A stretch of DNA of 64,000 bases from Octopus vulgaris. Its lineage: Eukaryota. Made by a program: the position numbers and the translations under genes. The notes beneath the pieces were generated by a model. The model saw only the letters and a list, made by a program, of their open reading frames with translations. It had not been told where the DNA came from and did no database searches. The stretch spans positions 108,934,001-108,998,000 of the forward strand of contig OX597822.1 of assembly GCA_951406725.2 (NCBI GenBank), written 5' to 3'. Positions 40,512 through 54,781 of the stretch are shown piece after piece (the first letter of the stretch is position 1; each line of letters begins with the position of its first letter).

Positions 40512-40645
40512 TATGTGAATGTGTATATGTATCTATTGTATAACTATGAAACATATCTAATCATATGGCAAATTATATTTGTGTATAAATGTATTTGTGT
40601 GCATATATATATAGATGTGAGTGTATCTATAACATACTTCATTAT
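40074..40645 (+). repeat. ~310-bp direct tandem duplication containing microsatellites
   Basis: tcctaaatctgatttt occurs at 40074 and 40383. Both copies continue tgtaaatttggatttattc..(TA)n(TG)n..ttgtataactatgaaacatatctaatcatatggcaa..catacttcatta. Confidence 0.9.
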
Positions 40646-40911
40646 GTATCGAATTTTTACTGTCACAAAAAATGGCGTTTTGCACGCACACACACCCGCA
40701 GCCAGACACACATTCACACACACGCATCAAGACATCAACGGGTATACATCTAGGTAAATGTCTGATTTTATTGTTTGTATAACATGTCTTGATGTACCCT
40801 TGCTCGATCAATAACACTATTGTTAAAGATTTGTCGATTGAAAGACCAACAAAATAGATAAAAACGCCGTAAATTATTTAGTTATATATAAGTTATGCTG
40901 TAAATTCTGCC

Positions 40912-41722
40912 GAGGCGGCGATAATTAAGCTGGCAGAATCGTTAGCACGCCGGGCGAAATGCTTAGCGGGATTTCGCTCTGTCCGTTACGTTGTGAGTTC
41001 AAATTTCGCTGAGGTCGACTTTGCCTTTCATCCTTTCTTGGTCGATAAATTAAGTACCAGTTACGCACAGGGGTCGATGTAATCGACTTAACCCCTTTGT
41101 CTGTCCTTGTTTGTCCCCTCTGTGTTTAGCCCCTTGTGGGTAATAAAGAAATAGGGGTTTCGTCTGCCGTTACGTTCTGAGTTCAAATTTCGCTGAGGTC
41201 GACTTTGCCTTTCATCCTTTCTTGGTCGATAAATTAAGTACTAGTTACGCACAGGGGTCTATGTAATCGACTTAATCCCTTTATCCGTCCTTGTTTGTCC
41301 CCTCTGTGTTTAGCCCCTTGTGGGTAATAAAGAAATAGGGGTTTCGTCTGCCGTTACGTTCTGAGTTCAAATTTCGCTGAGGTCGACTTTGCCTTTCATC
41401 CTTTCTTGGTCGATAAATTAAGTACCAGTTACGCACAGGGGTCGATGTAATCGACTTAATCCCTTTATCCGTCCTTGTTTGTCCCCTCTATGTTTAGCTC
41501 CTTGTGGGTAGTAAAGAAATAAGAAACTTTAGCTCGTCGTGTGAAGTGCTTACGGGCATTTCGTCTGTCTTTATATTCTGATTTCAAATTCCACGGTGTT
41601 CGATTTTGCCCTTCATCTTTTCGGGTACGATAAATTAAGTACCAGTTGCGCTACTGGAGACGCCGTAATCGACAAGCCACTTCCACCAAAATTTTGGGCT
41701 TTATACTCAGAGTAGAAAAGAA
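40912..41722 (+). mobile_element. Multimeric tRNA-derived SINE (three ~181-bp tandem units plus a terminal monomer), Nin/Deu-like core
   Basis: Head agctggcagaatcgttagc; repeated gagttcaaatttcgctgaggtcgactttgcctttcatcctttcttggtcgataaattaagtac..ttgtttgtcccctct..aaagaaata; tail tagaaaagaat. Confidence 0.88.
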
Positions 41723-42478
41723 TATAGTTAATGCGTGAGATCTAATATTTTTATTTAGGAATCTTGTTCAACGAAATAAAATAAAGCAATTGTGAAAGAG
41801 ATACTCGGAAAACCTGTACATTGATGTGACTTTGCATATTTATAGAAATAAATTATTACAAAATGTTAAGTAAATAAACTCTGTAATTACTTTTTTTTCT
41901 AAATGACGGCGCCGATCAAATCAAATTTCGGCTACAAATACATTTTATTCTGCAAGCCTCTCCCTTCTTTTAGAGTCTTAATATACACATAATAGGAAGA
42001 AGGCCGATCTTTATTTATATTGGGTTCTTGTATTAGCTTCAGAATCGTCAGCATTTACTAAATTAGCGTAAAATATACATCAAATAAGGTTCAGTAGGCT
42101 ACTTTTGACGATCATTTAAATTCAAATCAAAGTACACGATCATTTTCGTTCTCTTAGGTGCTACGTTCGGATTAACTACAGACTCGCTATATTTATTTTA
42201 CAGTGATGTGAGAAATATGTTTCTTAAACATATGACATTAGTTCCTTTTCAATTTTAGGGAATGCCACTCTGCTCAAGATAATTAAGACGCACGCCCAAC
42301 TTTGTAGCAGCATCTAAGTAAAGTCGCATCACTCTCAGCCAAACTTTTAACTACTATATCCTAAAATAGCTTCGAATAATAATTGAAATTGATGGCTCAG
42401 CACAGTGTGTTCCCTTGTTTGGTGAGTGCCTTGTTGTTTATTATTTACTGCCGTATAAGCAAAATAAAAACTATATTC

Positions 42479-42510
<32 letters not shown>

Positions 42511-42533
42511 TACATACATACATACATACATAC

Positions 42534-42601
<68 letters not shown>

Positions 42602-43360
42602 CATGTATATGTGTATATATATATATATATCATTTTGTTGCTATAATTTGCCTCTCAGAAATTCTGTTCCATGTCATACATAAATGAATACATACATACA
42701 AACACTCATATATACATACATTCAAGTATAAAACATACGCACATACATGTATGCTCATATACCTTCATGCACGCGCGTTCACACACATATAAATCATATT
42801 TGATGCTATACTCTTCATAAACCGAATTATTTCTCTAGCAACTTGGGTTCACTTCGTGAAGCGAGATTCATATAAGTTTTTTTTTTATGCTCTCCTTCCA
42901 TCTCTTCTTCTTTTAGCTTCTCCTTTTATCTATAAGCAACAATTACATATATATATATATTTAATTACAAATACTGGTTTGTGAAACCTTTGTCTATACT
43001 TTGGTGTCGATTCGTTTGTCAAGTTTTTACTGCTTTCTAATTCGAATAGGTTACTTTCCGTTCTGTGTAACTCTATATCACTTTTACTCAGCTCCTATGA
43101 TACAAAAGATATATTTCTAAAAACAATCAATAATAGGTACCTTTAATCGTAAAAGCTGTACGATGAGGCTGAGCTTATAAGGTATCTTTGTACTGTCTTT
43201 CTATTTTCTGCAGGTGAAAATGTCTCTTTCATTAGTGCAGCTCAGGCTGCTAAAGCGAAATATTCCATCTGCAGTGTAATGTCTTCGTGATTATTAATAA
43301 TTAACATGATTGAAATCTCAGTCATAATTATTTCTGCAGTAATATTAGACTGGAATATAA

Positions 43361-43965
43361 GGCGGTGAGCTGGCAGAAACGTTAGCACGCCGGGCGAAAT
43401 GCTTAGCGGGATTTCGTCTGCCGTTACGTTCTGAGTTCAAATTCCGCCGGGGTCGACTTTCTCTTTCATCCTTTCGGGGTCGATTAAATAATTACCAGTA
43501 CGCACTGTGTCGATACAATCGACTTAATTCGTTCATCTGTCCTTGTTTGTCCCCTCTGTGTTTAGCTCCTTGTGGGTAATAAAGAAATAGGTATTTCGTC
43601 TGCCGTTACGTTCTGAGTTCAAAAACCGCCGAGGGCGACTTTGCCTTCCATCCTTTCGGGGTCGATAAATTAAGTACCAGTTACGCACTGGCGTCGATGT
43701 AATCGACTTAATCCCTTTATCTGTACTTGTTTGTTCCCTCTATCTTTAGCCCCTTGTGGGCAGTAAAGAAATAAGAAACGTTACCACGACGGGTGAAATG
43801 CTTAGTGCTATTTCGTCTGTGTTTACGTTATGAGTTCAAATTCCGCCGAGTTTGTCTTTGCCTTTCGGGGTCGATAAATTAAGTACCAGTTACGTCATGG
43901 GGTCGATCTAATCGATTGGCTCTCTCTCTAAACATTTCGAGCCTTGTGCCTAGACTAGGAAAGAT
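43361..43965 (+). mobile_element. Multimeric SINE (two tandem units plus a terminal monomer) with 14-bp TSD
   Basis: Same units as 40912. Flanked by tattagactggaat at 43343-43356 and 43966-43979. Confidence 0.9.
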
Positions 43966-44103
43966 TATTAGACTGGAATGTATTCACAGTTTTTTTTCTT
44001 CATAACTGTAAAACTACATGTGTAATAGAGAGAAAATATTTGACGACATAAATATAAAATATAACAAGCAAATATATTTTGGAAGGAAAGTACAATCGCA
44101 GTA

Positions 44104-44605
44104 CAGTAATCACTTACCATATCGTGGTTCCCCTGTCCCGCCTTCAGTACATTGCATATTCTTCTGGCTAATATATAAAAATTTATTTCGTGGACTAGTC
44201 AATATATCGTGGGTTTCTGTGGCCGATAGGTATTCATATTTTTTTTAAACTTTAATTGTTTCTGTGTTTAAATAAGTATTTTCACGCCTTAGCATTAATA
44301 AATGAATCAATAAAAATACAGTACAGTTCTGCACTTTTAAACATATTACTTGAAATATATTAATAGAAAATGCGCAAGTGTACCGTAGTTGAGTAAACAA
44401 AGAATCGCACGTACTGTATGGAAAACGAAGCTCGGGAGTCGAATGTGTGGTGTTGTTTTGCATTTATAATAGAATAAATATATACAAATTATAAAAATAA
44501 TACTAATAAAATATATGGTACTCAACTGTTTCTACCTCTCGGATTTTCACCTATCAAGGGTGGTAGGGGTTTAACATAACACCTGAGATAGTTGAGGGAT
44601 TGCTG
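44104..44605. mobile_element. pogo/Tigger-like non-autonomous DNA transposon (MITE)
   Basis: TA|cagtaatc.ct...agggattgctg terminal inverted repeats. The internal atatcgtgg..tctgtggc.gataggtatt is shared with 56910-57100. Confidence 0.55.
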
Positions 44606-46089
44606 TCGTCTCTTTAAGAATTATTATTATATTATATTTCCTCCAATTTGCTCACCTCATCAGAAGGCTTGCTAATAACCATCGTCGAAAATGGCCAGTT
44701 GTTAGCAACGTATCATTTATCTAGTTAACAAATTCAAAAGTAATAAAGATTCGGAAGTAATAAAACATTAAACTAAATGAACATAAAACTATGATATGAA
44801 GTGGAACATTTTACAATCATGGCGAATTACTACAGAGGTATCCAGTAGATGGTGAATTAAATTGCAAGAAGTATCAGAAAAATCTCTTATATATTATAGA
44901 ATGCTGTCTATGATATTGTACTCCAAGATAAACTGAAGTATTGACGGGATAGATACATAAGTCGTTTGGTAATGGGAATAATTCTGTATTGATTACAGCT
45001 AAACAGCAGCAACAGTAGCCTTTAATGCTTATCTTTATATGACCGATATGTAAACAACTACCATAAATAAAGGGAAAAAAGAACGGTATCAGACCTGGAT
45101 CAACATAGTCAACATCAATGGGCAACGGAGTAAACATTTGACTTTCTATAACAGGAAATCATATTCTTGTGTACTGAGAGGGATTTCTCCTTTTCCTTTA
45201 ATGTTAAAGACAAGAGTCTCCTATGAGGCAGCTAGTGCATGACTACACAAAATGTTAACGATCTACACTAGTTTCCACCCCAAACCCCAACCTCAAAATA
45301 CACTTGAAGGCAGAATAGCATTGAGAATCGGTTCTGTATACGCCTAGATCGCTAATTCCAGACTTCTTGGCAAAGAAGTTTTGTGATAGCTATACAAACT
45401 CCCACCTGTCAATAAAAGTAAAAATGTGAAAACACTATACAGCTTTAGCGTAGAGACAGGCAGCAGATAGCACATAGAATGGTTGATATCATTTTCCATG
45501 ACAAAAACGACAATAGTGTACTAATAATCGATATTGCAATACCAAATGACTAAATACTGTGCAGAAGCTAGCTGTAAAGCTAGGGAACTACAGCGGCTTA
45601 ACTATTGAATTTAAAACGCGCTAGCAGTTAAAGGACATGTCCATCATCTCATTTGTAATTGGTAAAACCGGAATGTTACACGACCATTTATATCTAAATA
45701 TTGACTGATTATCTCTTCGGATTGAAATAGGAGCGTTTCAGAAAATAGCAATAAAATATTCTATAAATTTTGCTAGGGAATTCTCAAACAGCATTTCTTA
45801 ATCATGAACAATGGAGCAAACGAAATCTCTTCTGTATTAATTACATGAGCTGGTAGAAATAGCAGCCAAATAGCACAAACATCATTCACTACAATTAATC
45901 AGTTACTAAATGTATATTACATAGTTACTCTTGCTCTGGAAATTACTTACTAGTCTTATAGCTGACTATAGGGTATCTTTCTGGAGAAGGAGGCTCTATA
46001 ATCACGAGGAGAAAGTGGAGTTGAAAAGTCAAGGAGCAATTCTAAGCTGTTATATATCGATAGCAAGATCCTGGGTGAAGTTTAAATAC

Positions 46090-46670
46090 TTTTCTACGCT
46101 AGGCACAAGGACGGACATTTTGGGGGAGGGAACCAGTCGATTACATCGACTTCAGTGCATAACTGGTACTTATTTAATCGACCCCGAAAGGATGAAAGGC
46201 GAAGTCGACTTCGGCGGAATTTGAACTCAGAACGTAGCGGCAGACGAAATACCTATCTCTACCTATTTCTTTACTACCCACAAGGGGCTAAACACAGAGG
46301 GGACAAACAAGGACAGACAAATGGATAAAGTCGATTACATCGACCTCGGTGCGTAACTGGTACTTAATTTATCGACCCCGAAAATTAAATACCGGTGGAA
46401 TTTGAAATCACAACGTAACGGCAGACGAAATACCAATTTTTTTACTACCCACAAGGGGCTAAGCACAGAGAGGACAAACAAGGACAGACAAACGGATTAA
46501 GTCGATTATGTCGACCCCAGTGCTTAAGTAGTACTTTTTTAATCGACCCCGAAAGAATGAAAACCAAAGTCGACCTCGGCGGAATTTGAACTCAGAACGT
46601 AAAGACAGACGAAATACCGCTAAGCCTTTTTCACAGCGTGCTTACGTTAATGCCAGCCAGCACGCCGCCC
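46090..46670 (-). mobile_element. Multimeric SINE, reverse orientation
   Basis: Reverse complement of the 43361 element. Degenerate TSD gtgaagtttaaatac (46075) / gtgaagttcgagtac (46674). Confidence 0.85.
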
Positions 46671-47524
46671 CAAGTGAAGTTCGAGTACATTAAAAAAAAA
46701 AAAGATATATAACTGTTGGTTGGATAGACTCCAAGGAAGCCTGAAATAAAATATCAAACTGTCGGCTCTTACAGAACCTGAGGATAATGGGGGTCAGTGA
46801 AAATATGAAAAGTCATTTTTAGAAAAGCGATGTCAATAGACATCGTTTTTGTATCTGATTTGCAAGACTCTGTGAGTGATTTCGTGTGTTGAAGCAAATT
46901 ATTTTGTGTATGCGAAGAAGGATACTTTCTTAATGCCTTACTATCTAACACACTCCCAGGTTCTATTTCCACTCATTTTTATTTATATTTCTCTTACAAA
47001 ATTGCCGTTGCCTTTTGCAACATTGTCAAATGATGTTGACTGTCCGTTATTGGAGCCGCGTTCTTTTTTGTCTGTTTGTGCGTATGTGTGCGTGTGTATG
47101 CACATATGTATGTATGCATGTATTCTTCATCTTCATGTATTGGTAAGTGTATGTTTGTGTGTTTGTATGTATGTAAGAAAGAAAAATGTAAGTGACAGAA
47201 TGTTTGTATAATAAAATTTATTGTGATATTAGGATCACATTACTTCATTACATCATTACAAGATAAATAACGATTGTCAGCTTATATAGAGTAAACTTTC
47301 TTTGCTGTCAATAGGACGCCATCTTTGGAAAAAAGTGAACTGCGATGAAGCAATATGTCAAGGGGAGCAACTGTTATTTTTTATGAAGCTCTTCAGTGCT
47401 TCTGGGGACCATACAGTTACAGTTAATTATATTGCCGTACTAGGCTTTAAAGATTAACCAGTAATGGGTGAATGAGTGTATATGCACATATCTTATGCTC
47501 TAACATTTTCCATCTTGTAAAATA

Positions 47525-47569
<45 letters not shown>

Positions 47570-47599
47570 GCGTGTGTGTGTGTGTGTTATGTATGTATG

Positions 47600-48481
47600 T
47601 ATATATATATACACATAATACACATATAAGTATGAATAGAAATTTATATTTAAACATTGTAGTTGTAATAGATATATAACTTTTTTGTATATGTTGAAAT
47701 TTCCTAATTGAATAAAATAAATCAGTCTAATAGAAAATGAACGATAAAGCAATTGCCTAGATATGAATACTTTCTCCATAAGAGTCATGTCGAACCACAA
47801 ATGACTCACGTCTGAATATGCATGAGTGTCCAAGAGTCAAGTAATTAAGTGACCATTACTAATACAATTAAAATGAATTGGTGTTTAGTTCAGGTTTGTA
47901 TTATTGGATGAAATGTCTCTTAATTGAGTCGAGCTTGTGTAGAAGTCCAGTCAGCAAATTTATATAGAGGGAAAATAGTAAATTGAGGTTGTATTTGGGA
48001 GATAAATTTGGCGGTGTTGTGGTGAGGCTATCTGTTGACGATGGACCGTACAACGTTGACGAATAGAATTCCTCGTGCCACCGATATAATCTTTCTGGCC
48101 ATCCGAGCATGTGAATACGTAGGGATTCACAGATTTAGGGATGCACAAGGGAAATTTGATTTAATTATAAAGAGTTGCCCTTGGTTAAAATAGTTTTCTG
48201 ACTCTTCCAAAAGTTTGGGGCATGTACCACAGTTGGAGCTATTGCATATTTTTACTTTGGGTTTGTTGTGGGTGGGGGGGAATAATTTTGCATTAGTTAG
48301 CTGTTTCTTGAATGACTTAGGTTGTTTGTTTCTTTTGACAATTTTAATATCACGTAAAATTCTTTTTAGTTTTGGGTCCTTGTGCAGTATCGGTAGGTTT
48401 TGTATGATTGTGCTGAATATTTCTTTGTTTCTGGGGTTCTATATGGAAATGTTGGGTAGTGTTCTAAGGAGAGGTTTGTTT

Positions 48482-48541
<60 letters not shown>

Positions 48542-49440
48542 AGGTCTGCTTTATTCCTGTGTTCATTTAGTCTGTCCACAATACTTCTAGATGTTTCTAC
48601 AATGCATGCGGTATTTTGTTTTTATAAGTCCTCTCTATGCACTTTATGGTGTAGAGTACATTTCTAGTTCTACAGTTAATGCTAGGAGTTATTTTATATA
48701 CCTGGCAGTTTTCATTAGTGCAAATTTATTTCTAAATGACTTGTATATACAAATCCTTTCTATGTGGTCCTTTCCAGAGCATTGACTGCTGGTGCATGAA
48801 GTTTCATAGGTTTCGCATAGCGGCGCACGTTATTCATTGTCAGTATATTGATTTTAGTATTGTATGATACAATTGGGTCCCTGTTAACAGCATATTTAGA
48901 AGCTATGGGTTTCATGTAAAACGAGTGGAGGACCTATACTTTGTTGTTTACAGTCTCTAACCAAAGTTCAATATCAATGACAGTTAGTCTATTGTGAGGG
49001 TGCCCAGTGGGGTAATTTGTCGTTACCTTGAAACTTTGGTGGTTGGAGTTAGCTATATACTGGATGCTCTCCCGTATTGTCTTCTCGGTGTCTAAGCTAT
49101 ATTTACAATGGTTTGTCCTATCTAGAATATTGATGTCATCTACATACCTACAATTGAAGATTGTTCAACTAGCGATTGTTTAAATTTTCTGTCCCATCAG
49201 ATCACGAAGAGGCCGGACTCATCTCCAGCCACACCAACTTCTATGGCTGCCTTTTAAGCTGCACGGATAGTTTTCTGTCAAAATTCACTATGTGGTACTT
49301 CAAGGTGGTTCTTTTACTAGTTCTTATAATATGCGCCATCATTTTTTACACCTGATTGGTATTCTCAGGATTATGAGTGGAATGGTCCACGTACTCCTGC
49401 ACTCTGTCGTTCTTTTCTTCTTTGCCGAGGTGATGGTCGG
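47600..49440 (-). mobile_element. Heavily decayed Penelope-like element
   Basis: The minus strand has RYVDDI (~49135-49152), KRNKQPKSFKKQLTNAK, CNSSNCGTCP and YVFTCSDGQKDYIGGT..QRCTVHRQQI (GIY-YIG). It is interrupted by (TA)n. Confidence 0.8.
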
Positions 49441-49510
49441 TGGTATTCATCTCTGATCTGCTGGGAGAGAATATACACAGGTCAGGGTTCTCTCTCTCTC
49501 TCTCTCTCTC

Positions 49511-49557
<47 letters not shown>

Positions 49558-49661
49558 CACCTTACTGTGAACAGGGCTGCGTGGCGTTCGATTATAAATA
49601 AATAAAATGTAAAATACACATTGTGCACAGGAAATCACCACTCGTGGCTGATTCCCTGTAC

Positions 49662-49815
49662 ATGCGTGGCTCTGTGTTAAGAAGCTTGCTTCCCATCCAC
49701 ATGGTTCCAGGTTCAGTCCTACTGAATGGCATCTTCAGCAAGTGTCTTCTACTATAGCTTAGGGCCAACCAAGTCCTTGCGAGTGGAATTGGTTGACAGA
49801 AATTAAAAGCCCGTT
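49662..49815 (+). mobile_element. OK-like SINE 5' part
   Basis: gcgtggctctgtgttaagaagcttgcttcccatccacatggttccaggttcagtcc..aagtgtcttctactatagc.. followed by (TA)n. Confidence 0.75.
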
Positions 49816-49826
49816 GTGTATGTATG

Positions 49827-49893
<67 letters not shown>

Positions 49894-50239
49894 TTAAATA
49901 TTTGTTGTGCAAGATTTTTTATGTGAAGTCGTGTGTTGAAACAGATATTGTATATTTGGATGTATATTGCCAGTTTAGCCAATAAATATATGCGTGTGTT
50001 TTTATAAACTATATGATTCGAAATATAACAATATATATATACAACTTTTAATAAATCCCAATCTTAGGCATAATAAAGAAATAACATTTTTAGCGGTCAG
50101 AAATATGGAGAAAAAGTTACTGAAACAGAAATCGACTGTGAGAACAGATGGAGACAAACGTGTTAATCGAATGAAGCTAGATTCTATTATTTGGGCAATT
50201 CCTTCACTTAGGATGCTGCAAGTGAAGAATGCTGGTTGC

Positions 50240-50750
50240 AGCTGACAGATGGTAAACTGAAAGGTGAAACCAAATCGCTGATTAAAGTCACACATGAAGA
50301 AGGAATTTCATACGAATGAATATTGATAAAACAGAACAAATGAAGACTGTATGGGAAGTGGGAGGGGAATATTAACCATCTTTAAATAAATGAAGCATAC
50401 AGCATAGAAGCAAAGAATTGTTTAAACACAGGTATGATTGTATTGATAAAAGCCCGTATTGCAAGGTTTGTCAAGTTTAGATATTTGAAGTGATATAAAA
50501 GCGTTATAAATATGAGATAGAAGCGTTGATGATGAAATAGAATTACATTTTCCAAGGAAACGCATCATTTTGCAAGAGCAACGAGATTAGATATGGTTCT
50601 AGAGAACAGAAATATAGAGTAAGGTCATAGATTTTGCAAAGCTGTATGATAAACGCTGTATTAAGGGATTGCAAAATTTGAGAATCATCAAAAACTAATT
50701 AGAGACTTGAAGAGACTGAGGAGCGGAAATGTGAAAGGAATTGGTCCAGG
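50240..50750 (+). mobile_element. Very old R4/Dong-like LINE fragment (knuckle plus RLE region)
   Basis: Degenerate GKLKGETKSLI, RMNIDKT, RL[Y]GK..GNINHL and R.DMVL motifs appear in the order expected for R4-type ORFs. There are many stops. Confidence 0.45.
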
Positions 50751-50949
50751 TCCAATGTCCCCCTGATATCTTTCCTAAACCCACCTTCTAAGTCTCTAAC
50801 TTCTTTCTAATATGTTTCTTCTGTTGCTTTGTTTTCCAAAAACATAATAATCTCTACTCTAATTGCTGTTTTCACCGCAAACCACCATTTGTTACAGACA
50901 AATTGACAGGTGAACGCCAGCTGCACTAATTCAATAATCCGGACTCTGT

Positions 50950-53820
50950 AAGCTTATCACGCCGGGATCGACGTGTTCACTTTCCGGCATCTAGGTCGCT
51001 GCATATGGATCGTATATAGGTCGGCCATGCAGACAACAATTTTTGGTCTGTTAGCCGACCAAAAGCGAAATGTGTACAACTTATGCTATCAATATCTACA
51101 TACCTACCCTGCATTGGTACGACCTAGATGAGCCGATGAGGTCATCACCACAACGGCACATACGGGAAATTAACTTGGTAACTGCCGGGCAGGTGAAAAC
51201 GTCCGAGCAGTCTTACTAGGCTTTTACACTCCACTCTCCTGATAGCCACCCCAACACTATCTAAACATGCGTCGGAGATATCATTCCAGTCTCATATTAA
51301 GATCAAGACGTATCAAGGAAAATTTACAGGGTGTGGGGAAGTACGTCTGGCCTGTTCCTGTCGAAGCATAGGCAGCTAGAAGTCTGAAAGTAACCCGTTG
51401 TTCCTGATTACATCCTGAAATAACAGCTTAATTTCTGTATCGGAGCCAATGACCCTTATTTTGAGATTGAAACCTTTCAGGAACAACGCCCAGTTCCACT
51501 GCTTATTCGTAGTTGACATGGAAATAATTAAATCTCGTATCCACCGAAAATTGGTGTGGAAACCTATCGAGTGGGAAGTTGGGTTTCACTGTTAACCATG
51601 GCATCTAATATTTAGTGATCTAATGTCATGAAGTTGGTTGCCGTTTGCAAGGCAATTCCAGGCCCCATAATTTTATATTGCTTACAGTGAGCAAAGCCAT
51701 GTTTCTTCCAGAGAAAAATAAAGAGAACTAACCATCCTAATTCTCTGGAGATAGAAGTGGTGTGTTTTTGGCTATATGTTGGTTTCTCTACTTGCATTTC
51801 TATGTAGAGTCTTTTGCCTACGGTCAGACGGAAATTTGAAATTCTCTGGCGATGTTTTGTTTTCAGTGTGCAGCAAATATTTGTTTTGCTTTGTTTTATA
51901 AATTTTACGTGAACATGTGTGTTGTGCCGGTTTATGATGTATTCCTTTCGAGTTATGTCTGTTTGTTTTTGAATATCTTTCATTTAGTTCTTACTCTTTG
52001 TGTCTAGGGCCGTGTAATTGACGATGCCTTAGGAATGCTGTTAATGTTGTTGTACAGGGTTGCTATGTGCATTTTTTGTTGATATATTTGTAATGTTAGT
52101 AGTGTTCATTCACAGAGCATCGGGAGTGCTCTTCACTCCCGATGCCTTGGGGTTTGTGTTCATGTTGTTTTGGAGTGCTATGTATTTTCGTTTGTTGAGA
52201 TGATTGTAATGTTAGCTCGAGATGTTTATATTTGTGTTGGTGAAGAAAGAGATTCATAAGCTTTTCACTGTGGCTCTCAGAGCTTTTATCAAAAGGAGTT
52301 TCAAAACAGACCCCTTTAATGTGCCTAACCTTATGTGTGTGTATACACATAGATATATATGAATTTAGTTCCCGGATCCCAAGTACTATCTTTCCGGACC
52401 ACTAAATGTCCGCGAACCCCAGGTTGGGGACCACTAACCTATGGTGTGGGAATGTGTGTTGCTGTCTTGGTTTCTGTGTTTGCTCTTCTGACACATTCGG
52501 TTTCAGTCTTCTACCACGCATTTAAAAAAAAAATTTGCCTCTATATCCCTTCACCAGGGTCTATTCTGCTGGTCTTCTGAAACTGTTTTCCTTGCTAGAC
52601 GACTTTTCAACTGTAAGAAATATGTGGCAGGTGGAAGAGGTATGTTTTACAGACACGCATTTCTAGGCTGGTAGTAATGTGGAGTGGCATGGTGCTTGAT
52701 GACGTTATTGAATGGATCTCTCCTGGCTCACCTTCTGTTGATATTGTTGTTTTGAATGTTGGTGTTGTTGGTGGTGGTGGTACAGCTGCTGTTACATTTG
52801 AAGCTGATATTCCTGTTGTTGTTGTAGTTGTTGTGTTAGAGGTGTTTGCAGCTGCGGAGGTTTTCCTTTTCTTCACATTGGGCAGAAAGTGTTTTCTTTC
52901 CCGAGAAATATCGCACCTTGGGACGGTTATCATTCAGGGTGTGTTCCGATACTCCTTCAATCGGCCTGTAACGATAATTCCATTCCCGCGCCTGACAAGT
53001 TTTCTTTTCCCATTGTGTGCACTTGGAGAACTACCATTTTATTTTCTATGCCGTCTAATACAGCTGCCACCACCAAAGTGATGTATACCTCTGGTGGTAC
53101 CTCAGCTACTTTTATTTTAGCCATTTAGGTACGTCTAAATTAGACAAAATTCTTCACAATTATGCGTTGTTGCTCTTTCTTTGGCTCTTTTTTTCAATTG
53201 GTAAACTCACTTCAAGCAAGCCTCTCCTACGGGTGACAAACGCTTTTATCCTCCAAACTTGTCTTAGGCATTTTTTTTATCTGGGTTTACATCGACCGCT
53301 TCAGTTTTCTGGGTTTTTTTGAAAGACATTCGTATATATTAGTTTTATTTTCTTATTCTAGTATCTTCCTGTATTTCCTTTAGTGTATTTAAATTTACTA
53401 TTCTGCAATTTTTTGTTAAGATTAATTGGGTATCACTTAATATTCTCACACGTCATCATTCTCCATTCAACGACCTGCTCGTGTGAAACCGTTCGAATTT
53501 TGTTTAGTAAAAAAAAAAAATGCCGTTTTGATTGTATTGATGTTTGTATGGCAGTGTTAATGGTGTCGGCGGTGGGAGTCATGCTTGTATCATTTTTAAT
53601 GTTATATTGCTCGTCACTGTTCCTGTTTATGTTGCTGTTGTTGTCTGTGGTTTGTGTCTTGCCCATATTAATTGACAATGGGAAATTAATGTCACAATTG
53701 CGGTTTCAACAGCCATTACTTCCCTCGATTTGCAAAACCATATTGTTACTTGTATTTTGATATATTAGATTTTAAATTTCAAATCCCAGCGTGCCGGTGC
53801 GGCGAATAAACTCAGTGTGC
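50950..53820 (-). mobile_element. Decayed Tx1/L1-like LINE: ORF1 remnant plus APE endonuclease remnant
   Basis: Minus strand DWNDISDACLDSVG (~51250-51290; cf. GDWN/GDFN motif) and SSRSY..RV (cf. S.LDR) indicate an APE domain. Upstream 52600-53680 gives a low-complexity ORF1-like frame with a degenerate knuckle (NRP..RCDISRERKHF). Confidence 0.55.
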
Positions 53821-53925
53821 AGACGTATTTAGTTAATAATCACAAAAATGCGAATATCAAATTATAAAACAGCAAATTACTTGGAAAATATACGTTTCCC
53901 AAATAAGCGTCCTCTCATTCGAGAC

Positions 53926-53995
<70 letters not shown>

Positions 53996-54027
53996 TTAAT
54001 AACAAAAACAACAACAACAACAACAAC

Positions 54028-54088
<61 letters not shown>

Positions 54089-54124
54089 TTATGATAATAA
54101 TAATAATAATAATATTAATAATAG

Positions 54125-54664
54125 GCAGTGGCTAATCTCATGGCTTCTGATCTTAACTGATTGGAAGTGTTATCATGTACATTGTTTTGTCTTGGTATAA
54201 AAGATGGGCTACAGCAAATATTCTGATAAATACCACAGATTTGCTTGTCAGTTGTTTGACTTTAACCAGTTGAGCATGTCCCTTAGTGGCTGACGATATG
54301 TGCATCTCTGATCACGAGCAGAAGTAGTGGGGGAGCATCATAGCCATGTGTTGAGAGGGATTCTTTGGGGTTTGAATAATTCACCTCTGGAAACATGTCT
54401 GGTTTCTTTCAACATCCTTAAACAACCCTTATTCAGGGACCGTTTGAGCGGGATGGGCTACTCAACCTGAAGAAAATTCTAACTGGGCCCCACCTGCAAG
54501 GTCATGTGCTGTTTATCTTGATATGAGATCACCATGTCGCGCACATATGGTTGTGATGCATGTGCCTGGTGTACCTTTATCAGACGGGTAGTCATGATGG
54601 GTATATTGGGCTTCGTATATTTTACCCCAGTGTCACTTTGATGGCATGAACTGCTCTCTCACTC
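54125..54664 (+). mobile_element. 3'-end fragment of a retroelement inserted in (AAT)n (copy 1; possibly a Dong/R4 3' UTR)
   Basis: Highly similar to 54846-55354 and ends ..ctgctctctcactc-(AAT)n. It is flanked on both sides by AAT/AAC microsatellite. Confidence 0.65.
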
Positions 54665-54696
54665 AATAATAATAATAATAATAATATTAATAACAA

Positions 54697-54781
<85 letters not shown>

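Noticed and set aside
40980-41520. CRISPR-like regularly spaced repeats
   Set aside because: The whole ~181-bp unit is repeated with no unique spacers, the context is eukaryotic SINE, and there are no cas genes.
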